Assembly: GCA_016181305.1 (NCBI GenBank)
Contig: JACOZN010000015.1
Location: 2,205-66,204, forward strand
From: Candidatus Woesearchaeota archaeon
GTDB taxonomy: Archaea; Nanobdellota; Nanobdellia; Woesearchaeales; GW2011-AR4
Reading direction: 5' to 3'
DNA length: 64,000 nt
The notes below the pieces were generated by a model. That model made no database searches. It was not told where the DNA came from and was given only the letters and a program-made list of their open reading frames with translations. A program made the position numbers and the translations under genes. Positions 39,297-48,433 of the stretch are shown here, one piece after another. Within the stretch, counting starts at the first letter, position 1; each line of letters starts with the position of its first letter.

Positions 39297-40052
39297 TTAA
39301 TTCTCAGCCTCAACAACCAAAGTAGCCTTTCTAACCCCTGAGGAGGGCCAATAAGATATAATCTTTGTTTCGGCTTTCATTGTAAATTCCCTTGTTACAG
39401 GCTGCTCCCCTTTTAATTCGTATTTTATGTCCTCAAAAGGGCCTTTTACATCAAGCCCTGCAAAATAGATTGTATCGTCCCTGAACTTGAAATTTATCTT
39501 TACCTTGTCGCCAATTTTTGCCTTTATTGTGCTCGGGTAAAATCCATGGTCATCAGCCTCTACAGTGTATTCTCTTATGCCTGGCTGCGGGGCTTCAGCC
39601 TTTGGCACATAATCTGACTCAACATTTATCGTAATTGTTTTTGCAACTCTTGGGCTTAACGAGGAATGGTTGCTTTTGACAAGCTCAGCAACTATGGTAT
39701 GCCTGCCTGAAACAATGTTTTCAAAAGTCATTGTCTTGTCAGGCGTAACCTTTTTCTCGCTGTCAAGCCATACATGGAAATGCCCTTCGTTTTCTTTGAC
39801 AGGCTCGCCAACAGGCACTATATTGAAATTTTCTGCATCAACCTGAACAGTCACTTTAGAACTTTTTATCAGCTCACCGTCTTTTGGAGAAACAATCTTA
39901 AGCGATGGAATCCCTTCTGGCTGCTCAACGACAATCTCCTCTGCAGTATCCTCATTAGCGGCAATTGCAGGCTGGCCATTAGGCATCTGTGCTGAGCATG
40001 CAGCTACCAAAAAAACCAATCCAATAATCCATGCAAAATAATTATTGCCCAT
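39297..40052 (-). CDS. Secreted/lipoprotein with an Ig-like domain (GHFHVWLD) and a cupredoxin-like domain
   Basis: Signal ending LVAAC; GHFHVWLD; IKAKIGDKVKINF. Confidence 0.55.
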   Translation of the reverse strand: MGNNYFAWIIGLVFLVAACSAQMPNGQPAIAANEDTAEEIVVEQPEGIPSLKIVSPKDGELIKSSKVTVQVDAENFNIVPVGEPVKENEGHFHVWLDSEKKVTPDKTMTFENIVSGRHTIVAELVKSNHSSLSPRVAKTITINVESDYVPKAEAPQPGIREYTVEADDHGFYPSTIKAKIGDKVKINFKFRDDTIYFAGLDVKGPFEDIKYELKGEQPVTREFTMKAETKIISYWPSSGVRKATLVVEAEN

Positions 40053-40053
40053 T

Positions 40054-40377
40054 TCAAAACCTCGTGTCCTTTAAAACCCCCTTTTCGTACAGCTTGTAGC
40101 CCAACACTGCGCCAACTACAAACAAGGCAATAATCACCCTCCTGCTCCCGTAGTAAACTCCAATCAGGTAGCCTATGACAAAGCTTATTATAATGAGGAA
40201 GTATGGCAGCTGTATCTTGCTTCTTTTCTCGTAAATCAGCCTGCCGCTGAAAATTCCCGCAAGAAAAATTATGACATAGCTTATAGCGGCGCTTGGCGCT
40301 GCCAGCGCAATGAGCACGCCAGCTATCATGAGCACGACAAAGAACAATTCCATCCAATTCCTGTGAAATTCAAACAT
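40054..40377 (-). CDS. Membrane protein
   Basis: About four hydrophobic helices. Confidence 0.6.
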   Translation of the reverse strand: MFEFHRNWMELFFVVLMIAGVLIALAAPSAAISYVIIFLAGIFSGRLIYEKRSKIQLPYFLIIISFVIGYLIGVYYGSRRVIIALFVVGAVLGYKLYEKGVLKDTRF

Positions 40378-40383
40378 AGCAAC

Positions 40384-41160
40384 TCACTTCGGGCCGAACC
40401 ATGCATTCCTCTCAAAGCTTATGTAATATGTAAGCCACAAGACAACAGCAATTAAAAGCGAGATTATCAATGAAAGGAAGATTGGCACATTGACAACCAC
40501 AAGGATTATTGCAATTATCATTGCCGGGACAGCGAATGCATAAAGCATCCTGCTTCCGAAATATATCTTGCTGCCGTCCAAAGGCGGAATTGGCAGCAGG
40601 TTGATTATCATATAAATCACGTTAAATATGATTGCCTTGCCCAACAAAGGATTTGATGAAAACAAGCTTAACACCCTCAGCAAAATAATAAGCATGAAAA
40701 TGGAAAGTGGCCCGGCCAGGGCAACCATCGCCTGCCCGAAGTAGTTTATTCCGTACCTAAACCACCCCAGCCTGTGCCCGGCTAGGTGGTGAAGCATAAA
40801 GCCGCCCGGGACTACAATCCACAAATACGGAATCCTACCATTGTTCAGAAACGCAACAATAAGGGTGATTATCAGTCCGAAGCCCCACATCCTGAATTCA
40901 AGCCTGTACCCGATTGCCAGCGCCCAAATGCGCTGCCCGGCGTCGTGGATTAATACAGACAAAGCCACAATTAAAATGGCGTTGAAAAAGTTGTATATTC
41001 CGGCGGAAAAAACGAAAGTATTGCCCGGGCCCCAGTCATCATAGGAAAAGACAAAGGCTATGGTTAATATTGCAATTATCAAGCCCCTCAATTCACTCTG
41101 GGTAAACTTGTAGTACCTCTTTATTTTGTCAGCCAGGTCAAGTATTTCAGCCATCAGCAA
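40384..41160 (-). CDS. M50 / site-2 protease-like membrane protein with a degenerate HExxH motif
   Basis: LIHDAGQ in place of HExxH; ALAGP; NLLPIPPLDG. Confidence 0.7.
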   Translation of the reverse strand: MLMAEILDLADKIKRYYKFTQSELRGLIIAILTIAFVFSYDDWGPGNTFVFSAGIYNFFNAILIVALSVLIHDAGQRIWALAIGYRLEFRMWGFGLIITLIVAFLNNGRIPYLWIVVPGGFMLHHLAGHRLGWFRYGINYFGQAMVALAGPLSIFMLIILLRVLSLFSSNPLLGKAIIFNVIYMIINLLPIPPLDGSKIYFGSRMLYAFAVPAMIIAIILVVVNVPIFLSLIISLLIAVVLWLTYYISFERNAWFGPK

Positions 41161-41200
41161 TCCTATTAAAAATATAATATTTAAACATATCGGAAATATC

Positions 41201-41893
41201 TCAGCCTAAGCTAAAACTATAGCTTATCTTTGGCTCTTTTACAAAATCCATAACATCGTCTATATGCCCTGCACCAAGAATTACAAGGATTTTTTTGTCA
41301 GGAGCGGAGTTCATAAGCTTTTTGATGTTCTGCGCAATTACGATGTTCCTTTCATCAATAAGGACTTTGTAGACATTAGGATAGCGCTCTTTGAGCCTGA
41401 GAGTTAGTTTTCTTATAATTTTTTTATCTGGAACTGTTGACAAGTCAAAATCAAGCTCTTTTTTCTCCGAGAATAGCGCTTTCACGACATCAACGATAAA
41501 ATTCCATTTCTCCTTCCATGTTATTGATTTTGAAAGCCTTCTCAGAGTTATCTCTATGTCCTGGTCTATGAGCGCTAATTTGATTTTCAAGCTCTTTGCA
41601 ATCCTGACGGCTTGCTTCATCTCCGAGCCCGGTGCAACTCCCACAAGCTTTCCAAGCTTTCTCTCAGCCCAAGCGCCAAACAATGAAAAAAGAAAGCCTT
41701 TCAAACCAATCTGCTTTATTGCTTTTAGCTCAATCTTCCTATGGGTTTTGCTCATCAGGGCAGGCAGCCTTTTTGCATCAAGCTCCAAGGCTATTATACC
41801 GGGCTTTTCCCTTTCTATGCTTTGTTTCACCTCATTCAGGCTCTGCCTTGCTATATGAGATGTGCCTAAAAACACCAGATTTTTGTACTTCAT
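41201..41893 (-). CDS. TraB/GumN family protein
   Basis: LGTSH, ALELD, PGSEM, IDERN, ILGAGH. Confidence 0.88.
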   Translation of the reverse strand: MKYKNLVFLGTSHIARQSLNEVKQSIEREKPGIIALELDAKRLPALMSKTHRKIELKAIKQIGLKGFLFSLFGAWAERKLGKLVGVAPGSEMKQAVRIAKSLKIKLALIDQDIEITLRRLSKSITWKEKWNFIVDVVKALFSEKKELDFDLSTVPDKKIIRKLTLRLKERYPNVYKVLIDERNIVIAQNIKKLMNSAPDKKILVILGAGHIDDVMDFVKEPKISYSFSLG

Positions 41894-41996
41894 AGGTTGT
41901 AAGAAAATAATGGTTTTTAATAAGGCTTTCCGATAAATTTAAATACTAGCCAGTAGATAAAAGAATGTTGTTTAAATAAAATAGAATGCTGAAAAG

Positions 41997-42293
41997 GTGA
42001 GTAAAATGCTGAAGATGAAGAAAATAAGCGAAACTTATGATATGAGGGTGTTTACAGACAATGGCGAGTATTTTGGTGATGTGGAAGAGTCAATTTTGAC
42101 AAACAACAAGGTTTTTGGATGGCGAGTGAGGGCGACAAAGAATTCTTTCCTGAACAAGGTTTTGGGTAGCGCAAAAGGCGTTATAGTGCCCCACCAGCTT
42201 GTAAAGTCAATCGGGGATATTATAATAATAAGCAAGGCTGCAGTGCCTTCCTATGAAGGGGAGCCTGAGAAAGGGGCTAAAGGAGAGGATTAA
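41997..42293 (+). CDS. PRC-barrel domain protein
   Basis: VFTDNGEYFGDVE, SIGDIIII. Confidence 0.8.
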   Translation: MSKMLKMKKISETYDMRVFTDNGEYFGDVEESILTNNKVFGWRVRATKNSFLNKVLGSAKGVIVPHQLVKSIGDIIIISKAAVPSYEGEPEKGAKGED

Positions 42294-42589
42294 AACATCA
42301 TAACCCTTGCATTGCAGTAAGGGCAGTTCTTTGGCTTTTTAGTTTCTACGTCTATCTTGAACTTGTAGCCGCATGAAGCACATTTGTGGGCTATTTTTGT
42401 CGATTTTACTTCAACATTATCTTTGTTCTCTTCTTTTTTATGGAATATCTCTTCCTTTATTTCCTTATGAATTCCCTTGTTTTTTATGCAGTCAGGGCAT
42501 ATCATCATCTTTTCATCTATATCCAGTTTTAACGAAGAAGCAGGCACTTTGTTGCCGCATTTCTTGCATGGGACCATTATTTCCTGCAT
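42290..42589 (-). CDS. Double zinc-ribbon protein
   Basis: Four CxxC pairs. Confidence 0.65.
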   Translation of the reverse strand: MQEIMVPCKKCGNKVPASSLKLDIDEKMMICPDCIKNKGIHKEIKEEIFHKKEENKDNVEVKSTKIAHKCASCGYKFKIDVETKKPKNCPYCNARVMMF

Positions 42590-42954
42590 CAGAAATCACC
42601 TTTCATCTTGGCTGCATCTGCTATGATTCTTGCCGTGCTTCCTTTGACAGCTATAGAGCCTGATGAGTCGCAGTATGGGCAGGTGGTTATGCTCAAGTGC
42701 TTTGCTCTTTTGAAGCTGTACTTGCACTCTTTGCAGAAATACTCCTTCATTGCAGGCTCCTCGTGCTTCCTGGAACCGCTTTTTGCAGGCATTTCCTGCT
42801 TCTGCACAGGCTTTCTCTCGATGCAGTTCCTGCACATCAATTGCTTGCCGTCAGGAGCCATCCTCATCATGCCCATTGCATACTCATTGCCGCACTTGTA
42901 GCATTTTATCCTGATATCAGTGTTTTTGTTGATATTCCCACCTTTATAAATCAA
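42589..42954 (-). CDS. Double zinc-ribbon protein (paralog of the neighbour; start uncertain)
   Basis: Four CxxC pairs with the same layout. Confidence 0.65.
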   Translation of the reverse strand: MIYKGGNINKNTDIRIKCYKCGNEYAMGMMRMAPDGKQLMCRNCIERKPVQKQEMPAKSGSRKHEEPAMKEYFCKECKYSFKRAKHLSITTCPYCDSSGSIAVKGSTARIIADAAKMKGDF

Positions 42955-43008
42955 AATTTTTTTAAGGTAGTAAATATTTAAATATTATGGTTTACCATCC
43001 TGCTTTAT

Positions 43009-43068
43009 ACGGCTGTGATCCAGTGGTTAAGATTCGAGCTTCCCAAGCTTGATACCCGGGTTCGAATC
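43009..43068 (+). tRNA. tRNA-Gly(CCC), 3'-truncated after the T loop
   Basis: ACGGCTG acceptor 5' strand, D arm, CGAGC-TTCCCAA-GCTTG anticodon arm, CCGGG-TTCGAAT-C; the expected CCGGCAGCCGT is absent. Confidence 0.75.
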
Positions 43069-43091
43069 ACACAAGCGTTAAATTTGATATT

Positions 43092-43673
43092 ATGGTATGG
43101 GGACTGTTTCATGAGATAGGCAGGAAGATAATCCACATCACAATTCTTATTGTTCTCATAATATATAATTTTATCCAAAACAGCTATGGGAAGCAGCTGG
43201 CTTTGCTTTTCCTTGTCGCGTTGCTTATTCTATTCCTTGTGCTGGAATACTTAAGGCTTGAGCTTGGGTGGAAAATGCCTTTCTTCTCCCAGTTCATAAG
43301 GCCGAAGGAGCAGCACAGGATGTATGGGGTCATTTATTTCCTTTCAGCTGCAATAATATCTCTGGCTGTTTTTGACTACAACATAGCGCTGGCAGCGCTG
43401 CTTATGACAACCTTTGGCGACATGATAGCCGCGCTTGTCGGAAAGAGGTACGGCACAACATTGATTTACAGGAACAAGACATGGGCGGGATTTATAGCAG
43501 AGCTTGCCACAAACATGATTGTCGGCTTTATAGTGCTTGACAATATTTACGTGATTCTTGGCATGGCATTGTCTGCCACAATCGTTGAAACAATGGCTGA
43601 CGAGCTTGATGATAATCTGCTTATTCCGATATTCTCAGGCTTCGCAGGGCAGGTTATACTGTTCAGCCTGTAA
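43092..43673 (+). CDS. CTP_transf_1 family (dolichol/phytol kinase-like) membrane protein
   Basis: RKIIH, FGDMIAALVGKRYG, NKTWAG, DDNLLIP. Confidence 0.8.
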   Translation: MVWGLFHEIGRKIIHITILIVLIIYNFIQNSYGKQLALLFLVALLILFLVLEYLRLELGWKMPFFSQFIRPKEQHRMYGVIYFLSAAIISLAVFDYNIALAALLMTTFGDMIAALVGKRYGTTLIYRNKTWAGFIAELATNMIVGFIVLDNIYVILGMALSATIVETMADELDDNLLIPIFSGFAGQVILFSL

Positions 43674-44127
43674 TTTTTGCAATCAGCTGCCCCTCCTCTA
43701 TCGGCTCAACCATACTGAACATTGACTTCAAGCCGTTTTCCAAAGAAGCTTCGTCGCAGATTTTATGGTGGGTATGCGGGAATACGGACCATTTCTTGTC
43801 CATTTCTGAGAATGGGTTAACGAAAATGATGCTGAGGAATTTGAATGAAATAAGCCTGTTCCAATTTTTCAATATTATATCAAAATTTTCCTTTGAATTT
43901 AAGGTCACAATGCTGAAATGATGCTCGTTATTTATCCTCCGTACAATAGAGTCCATGTCACTGATTTTTGGAGTAATTATAAAAAACTGCTCCCTGTCCC
44001 TGTACTTGATATACAAGTCAAAGCCGTCTTTTCCGTTTTCAATACGCTCTATTTTTTTTGCGAGCAGGTCCCTGTTCTTTACAAACCCAACTGTCCATTG
44101 GACCAGGAAATCATGGGCATTTTCCAT
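43663..44127 (-). CDS. Hypothetical protein
   Basis: Probable start MENAHDFLVQWTVGFVKNRD; native-like composition. Confidence 0.55.
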   Translation of the reverse strand: MENAHDFLVQWTVGFVKNRDLLAKKIERIENGKDGFDLYIKYRDREQFFIITPKISDMDSIVRRINNEHHFSIVTLNSKENFDIILKNWNRLISFKFLSIIFVNPFSEMDKKWSVFPHTHHKICDEASLENGLKSMFSMVEPIEEGQLIAKITG

Positions 44128-44165
44128 AATGCGGTTTTTGGAACTTCTGTTTATAAAATTAACGA

Positions 44166-44474
44166 TTACGGGGTCAGGGGCGGGTAATACACCGGCATGC
44201 CTGCCATGGCAAGAACTAACAGAGAAACGCATGCAAATCCCACAAGGTAATCGCTGGAATTGGCTCTTGCCTCAAGGCTCCCTTCGGAACCTTTCGTTTC
44301 GTACTCGGCAAGAATATTATTTAAGCCCTTTTGTATAACAGAGTCAGGGGCTGGATTTTCTTTGGGGTATTTTTTTGCAAGCCCCTGCATAAAAGCATCT
44401 GCTTCAACCTTGGCATTTTTGCCAAGTTCTTTAATCCTCCCGTATATTTCCATCGGGTTAGCCATTTCAATCAC
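44166..44474 (-). CDS. Hypothetical protein with a C-terminal hydrophobic segment
   Basis: ORF fills the gap between genes; no recognised motif. Confidence 0.4.
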   Translation of the reverse strand: MIEMANPMEIYGRIKELGKNAKVEADAFMQGLAKKYPKENPAPDSVIQKGLNNILAEYETKGSEGSLEARANSSDYLVGFACVSLLVLAMAGMPVYYPPLTP

Positions 44475-44523
44475 TTGGATGCAATATCCAACACTTCAGC
44501 CAAAAAATAAGCATGAAGCCAGT

Positions 44524-45270
44524 TTAGTCGTTCTCCACTCTTGGAGCAAGAATGAATGAGAGCATAACTTTGTCCACTGTCTTGTACTCGAGCTTTAGCG
44601 GATAGTCCTTGTTGAACTGTATGATGACGTCTTCGCTCAGCTTTGAGCCGCTTATCATCTTTTTAAGGTATTCAATGCTGTATTTTGCCTTGACCTTTTC
44701 ATCGCTGCTGGTGCTGACTTTTGTTATGTCATCCTGCCTGATTTCAATCCTAGCATGGTTTAAGTCACCCTCTGCCTGCAGGATAAATTTCTCAGGCTCG
44801 GCTATGAATGCGACTGACTCGCCGACAACGTCAACATCTGCAATCGCCTCGTTCAGAACGCTTGAGGAGGTTTTTACTGTTACAGGAAACTTCAAGTCAG
44901 GCACTTTCTGCTCTTTCTCCTCCAATTCTATTATCGGCAAATTAAAGGTTCTTGTTGTGCCGCTTTTCAGCGTGATTTTCAGCCTGTTTTCATCGCTTAT
45001 TTCAAGAGTAAGCATGTCCTTCGGGGAAGCCCTTCTCAGCACTTGCTTTAAATTGCTCAGGTTGATTGCAATTTCAGTGTCTTTTTTAACGTCATATTCT
45101 GTAAAACAGCTGCTAAGCAGTTTGAAAATAACCATTGCAACATTTGCAGGGTCCATTGCAACAAGCTCTATCGCATCGGGAGTAACCTTGAACCTTGCTT
45201 CATTGACTAAGTCAGAAATTATTGATATGCTTTCTTTTAAGTAGCTTGGTTCTGCCAGAGTTAATCTCAT
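44524..45270 (-). CDS. pcna: DNA sliding clamp PCNA
   Basis: AMDPANVAM, AKYSIEYL, PLKLEY, FILAPRVE. Confidence 0.95.
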   Translation of the reverse strand: MRLTLAEPSYLKESISIISDLVNEARFKVTPDAIELVAMDPANVAMVIFKLLSSCFTEYDVKKDTEIAINLSNLKQVLRRASPKDMLTLEISDENRLKITLKSGTTRTFNLPIIELEEKEQKVPDLKFPVTVKTSSSVLNEAIADVDVVGESVAFIAEPEKFILQAEGDLNHARIEIRQDDITKVSTSSDEKVKAKYSIEYLKKMISGSKLSEDVIIQFNKDYPLKLEYKTVDKVMLSFILAPRVEND

Positions 45271-45319
45271 GTTGCCCCCTTAAAGAAGTTATTAAGCAGT
45301 ATTTAAATGTTTTATGGTT

Positions 45320-46648
45320 TTATAGTCTAATTCTCTCCCCATTGCCCATGACGTGCACGTTATTGCCTTTCTTGTAGCCCATTTCAGCTGCTAAATCAGC
45401 CAGTGCGTTCAGCATTTTAGGCTCTCCATGCGCCGGAATGATATGCTGGGGCTTTACAAGGTTTATCAAATCCCTTAAGTCTTCCCTTGCAGCATGCCCG
45501 CTCTGATGGATGTCCTTGAAAATACGCACATTAAACCTTCTTAGGTCTGATTCAAGCTTCTCCCTGTTTGCAATGTTTGTCGGCGTGGGAATTGTTCTGC
45601 AGGAAAAAATAATATGGTCTTCCGGCATGAAGTTGAATTTAAGCTCGCCGTTCATCATTTTTGCAAGGGTTGATTTCGGCTCGCCCTGGTGCCCTGTGAC
45701 AACCATCAAATACTTTCCCCTGTCCCTTGCAATTTTATTCAATTTTCTTTTTATCTGCCCGCCGAACTTCAGGATCTCGACTTTGTTCGTGAACTTTGCG
45801 ATGCCTGTTGCCTCTGCAGCCCTGACATACTTTGCCATCGAGCGCCCCATGAAAACAATCTTCCTGTTCAGCTTCTGCCCAAACTCGACTATTGAATTTA
45901 AGCGGGCGATATGTGAAGAGAATGTTGTGACAACAACATGCTTGTTTTTTGAGCCGATGCCGAGCATCACCTCTTTCAGCATCTCTTTTGCAATCGACTC
46001 GGAAGGCATTTTTCTTGCATCAGCAGCATATGTCGAGTCGCAAATCAATGCCAATACCTTCTGCTTTCCGAGCTCTTCCAGCCTTTTGAAATTGGGCTTT
46101 TTCCCCAAAGTCGGGAACAAGTCAAACTTGAAGTCATTGGCATAAAGAATAATTCCCTCCTTTGTGTGCAATGCAATCATGACTGTATGGGGGGTTGAAT
46201 GGGTAACATGAACAAATTCTATCTTGACGTTATTTGATGCCTGAAACAAGGAATTTGCAGACATGCTCTTAATCCTGCCGTTCAGCTTTATTTTGTCTTC
46301 TGTGAGAATACCATTGAGGACTTCTGAAGTGAAAGGGGTGCACATGATATTTGCTTTGAAATTGTTTGCCATGTATGGTATTGCCCCGAGGTGGTCAAGG
46401 TGCGCATGCGTCGGCATAATCATCTTCACATTGCTTTTCCAGCCGTCAATTGCAGAAACATCAGGCACAGCGCCAACCCTCATCAATTCATTCGGGCTGG
46501 CAACAACCAAGTCCTCGTCTTGAGTGTACTTTATGTAGTTTTCAAGGTGAATCCCCAAGTCAAGAACGTATGCCTCATCGCCTATCTTTACCGCCGTTGA
46601 ATTCTTTCCGACTTCGTTGTAGCCGCCTATAGTGCAGATTTCAATCAT
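45320..46648 (-). CDS. rnj: Ribonuclease J (beta-CASP)
   Basis: GGYNEVGKN, THAHLDHLG, TGHQGEP, IHQSGHA, IPAHG. Confidence 0.92.
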   Translation of the reverse strand: MIEICTIGGYNEVGKNSTAVKIGDEAYVLDLGIHLENYIKYTQDEDLVVASPNELMRVGAVPDVSAIDGWKSNVKMIMPTHAHLDHLGAIPYMANNFKANIMCTPFTSEVLNGILTEDKIKLNGRIKSMSANSLFQASNNVKIEFVHVTHSTPHTVMIALHTKEGIILYANDFKFDLFPTLGKKPNFKRLEELGKQKVLALICDSTYAADARKMPSESIAKEMLKEVMLGIGSKNKHVVVTTFSSHIARLNSIVEFGQKLNRKIVFMGRSMAKYVRAAEATGIAKFTNKVEILKFGGQIKRKLNKIARDRGKYLMVVTGHQGEPKSTLAKMMNGELKFNFMPEDHIIFSCRTIPTPTNIANREKLESDLRRFNVRIFKDIHQSGHAAREDLRDLINLVKPQHIIPAHGEPKMLNALADLAAEMGYKKGNNVHVMGNGERIRL

Positions 46649-46719
46649 GGCTTTTGCTTTTTGGTAAAGATTTATAAATATATGGGTTTAAGCACAGCAA
46701 AAGAGGTTCTTATAAAATT

Positions 46720-47364
46720 TTGGATAAAATGAATTCGCTGGATGACCTAGTTATAAGCAGGAAAGCCAAGGACACGGCTTTAATAGTCATAGATGTAGTC
46801 AATGATATCTGTGCAGCAGGCTTTGCATATGACAGAAAAGCATGGGACAGGACACTAATAGTAAAAATGGTGGAGGACTCTTTAGCACCATTCATCAAGC
46901 TTTCAAAAGGGCAGGTTCCTATTGTATTTATTAATTCAGAATATACACCGACACAATTTAAAGAAGATCCAATTCCAATAGAGAATTTTTGCGTGAAAGG
47001 CACACAAGGTGCGGATTTTTATAAAATAAACAAGAGCGATGCAACTCACATTTTCACAAAGCACCACTGGTCTGCATTTTATGAGCATCCTTATGAGGGC
47101 GGGTTGCCAACCAGATTACATAGCCTGCTTCAACAGGAGAAAATAAAAACCATCATGATTTCAGGCGTTACTGGAACTCATTGCGTTCCAAAGAATGTTG
47201 AACATGCTTCAAAATTGGGTTATCAAGTGGTTGTTCTTAGAGATTGCATAGCTTCAAGGGGTGATGAAGAGAGAAGGCAGCAACATATGAAAAATCTTAA
47301 GGCTTTTGAGCAACACTCTGGCATTATAGTTGTCAATTCCAATCAGATACTATATTCTACGTAA
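46720..47364 (+). CDS. Isochorismatase/nicotinamidase-family cysteine hydrolase
   Basis: LIVIDVVND (Asp), FTKHHWSAF (Lys), GVTGTHCV (Cys). Confidence 0.85.
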   Translation: MDKMNSLDDLVISRKAKDTALIVIDVVNDICAAGFAYDRKAWDRTLIVKMVEDSLAPFIKLSKGQVPIVFINSEYTPTQFKEDPIPIENFCVKGTQGADFYKINKSDATHIFTKHHWSAFYEHPYEGGLPTRLHSLLQQEKIKTIMISGVTGTHCVPKNVEHASKLGYQVVVLRDCIASRGDEERRQQHMKNLKAFEQHSGIIVVNSNQILYST

Positions 47365-47373
47365 GATAAAAAA

Positions 47374-47496
47374 TGCGGGGAGAAGGATTCGAACCCCCGT
47401 AGGCACTAAGCCAGTAGATGACTTAGGAATTGCATCACAGCACTCTTTGAGCACTCCGCTTGAGTCTACCCCGTTTGGCCGCTCCGGCATCCCCGC
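47374..47496 (-). tRNA. tRNA-Leu(CAA) with a 39-nt intron at position 37/38 (47420-47458)
   Basis: GCGGGGA/TCCCCGC acceptor, GTAGA-CTCAAG|A-TCTAC, long variable arm, TTCGAAT; relaxed BHB motif. Confidence 0.93.
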
Positions 47497-47507
47497 GAAT
47501 GTAATGA

Positions 47508-47585
47508 GCGGACCAGCGAAAAATCGTTTTTGTGCTGCCCGCAAGTTATACGAGCGGGTTCCCGAACTATAGTGAGGATACCCGC
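47508..47585 (-). ncRNA. Putative two-hairpin RNA upstream of tRNA-Leu
   Basis: GCGGGT/ACCCGC and GCGGGCAGC/GCTGGTCCGC stems; TATA-like box at 47609-47616. Confidence 0.4.
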
Positions 47586-47659
47586 ATAGATTAAGGATAA
47601 GAATTTCATTTAAAAATATTGCTAAAATAAAAACTAAACACTAAATAAAACACCAAAAA

Positions 47660-48334
47660 TCATCCCAAGTTAACAACGTTCACAATCTTGTCTGCACTGT
47701 AGTCATAGATAATCAGCTTTGTCTGATACCTTAACAGGAAATCGCCCGGTTTTGCGTTTGCATAGACATCAGGGAACTGCTGCTTCAAGGTTGCCAGTGA
47801 ATTTGCGTCAAGCTGCCCGCCTGCAGGCTGCTGGCTCTGCAAGCCCTGCGCCTCCGGGTGGCTGTAAAGCTTTGTGAAGAAATCAGCCGGCAGCTGAGCC
47901 TGCTGAGGAGCCTGCAGGTTCACATTTCCCTTTATCATGTCATTGTCATAATCGTAAATAACAACCCTGTCAGTATACTGCACGATAAAACTCCCCATGT
48001 AAGACAAATCCAAGCCGTTTATCTGGGCCTGCAGGTTGCCGATATTGTTGCTGTTTATCTGCACAATGTTTAATGGCGCAACGCCCACATAGCTTTTCAT
48101 TTCATTGTGCGCTGTCAGCTTCTTCAAAAGCTCATTGATATTTATCGTCTTTGGAATCAGGCTTTTTTTAAGCTGATAAGTGTTGACCAAAGAGAATATG
48201 CTTATTAAAAGCGTTGCTATTATTGCAGTCACAATTATATGCTGGAAAAACGGCTTTTCGTATAAGCCCTCATCAGAAGCAGTATGATGATGGGCATAGC
48301 TAGGACTTGGCTTAAAACTATCACCCCTTATCAT
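47660..48334 (-). CDS. Membrane-anchored protein with an internally duplicated domain
   Basis: One TM helix; FIVQYTDRVVIYDY...NVNL repeated as FLLRYQTKLIIYDY...VVNL. Confidence 0.6.
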   Translation of the reverse strand: MIRGDSFKPSPSYAHHHTASDEGLYEKPFFQHIIVTAIIATLLISIFSLVNTYQLKKSLIPKTININELLKKLTAHNEMKSYVGVAPLNIVQINSNNIGNLQAQINGLDLSYMGSFIVQYTDRVVIYDYDNDMIKGNVNLQAPQQAQLPADFFTKLYSHPEAQGLQSQQPAGGQLDANSLATLKQQFPDVYANAKPGDFLLRYQTKLIIYDYSADKIVNVVNLG

Positions 48335-48433
48335 TTTAATGGTTAAAACAAGCTTGTATTTAAAATTTATGATTCCAAGCGCAAAAAACAGAAAGAATAA
48401 AAAGGAACAGCCCAATGGATTGTGTGAGTCTGA

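Noticed and set aside
47887-47894. CCGGCAGC as the missing 3' piece of tRNA-Gly
   Set aside because: It is only an 8-nt match inside a coding region, with no complementary flank for trans-splicing.
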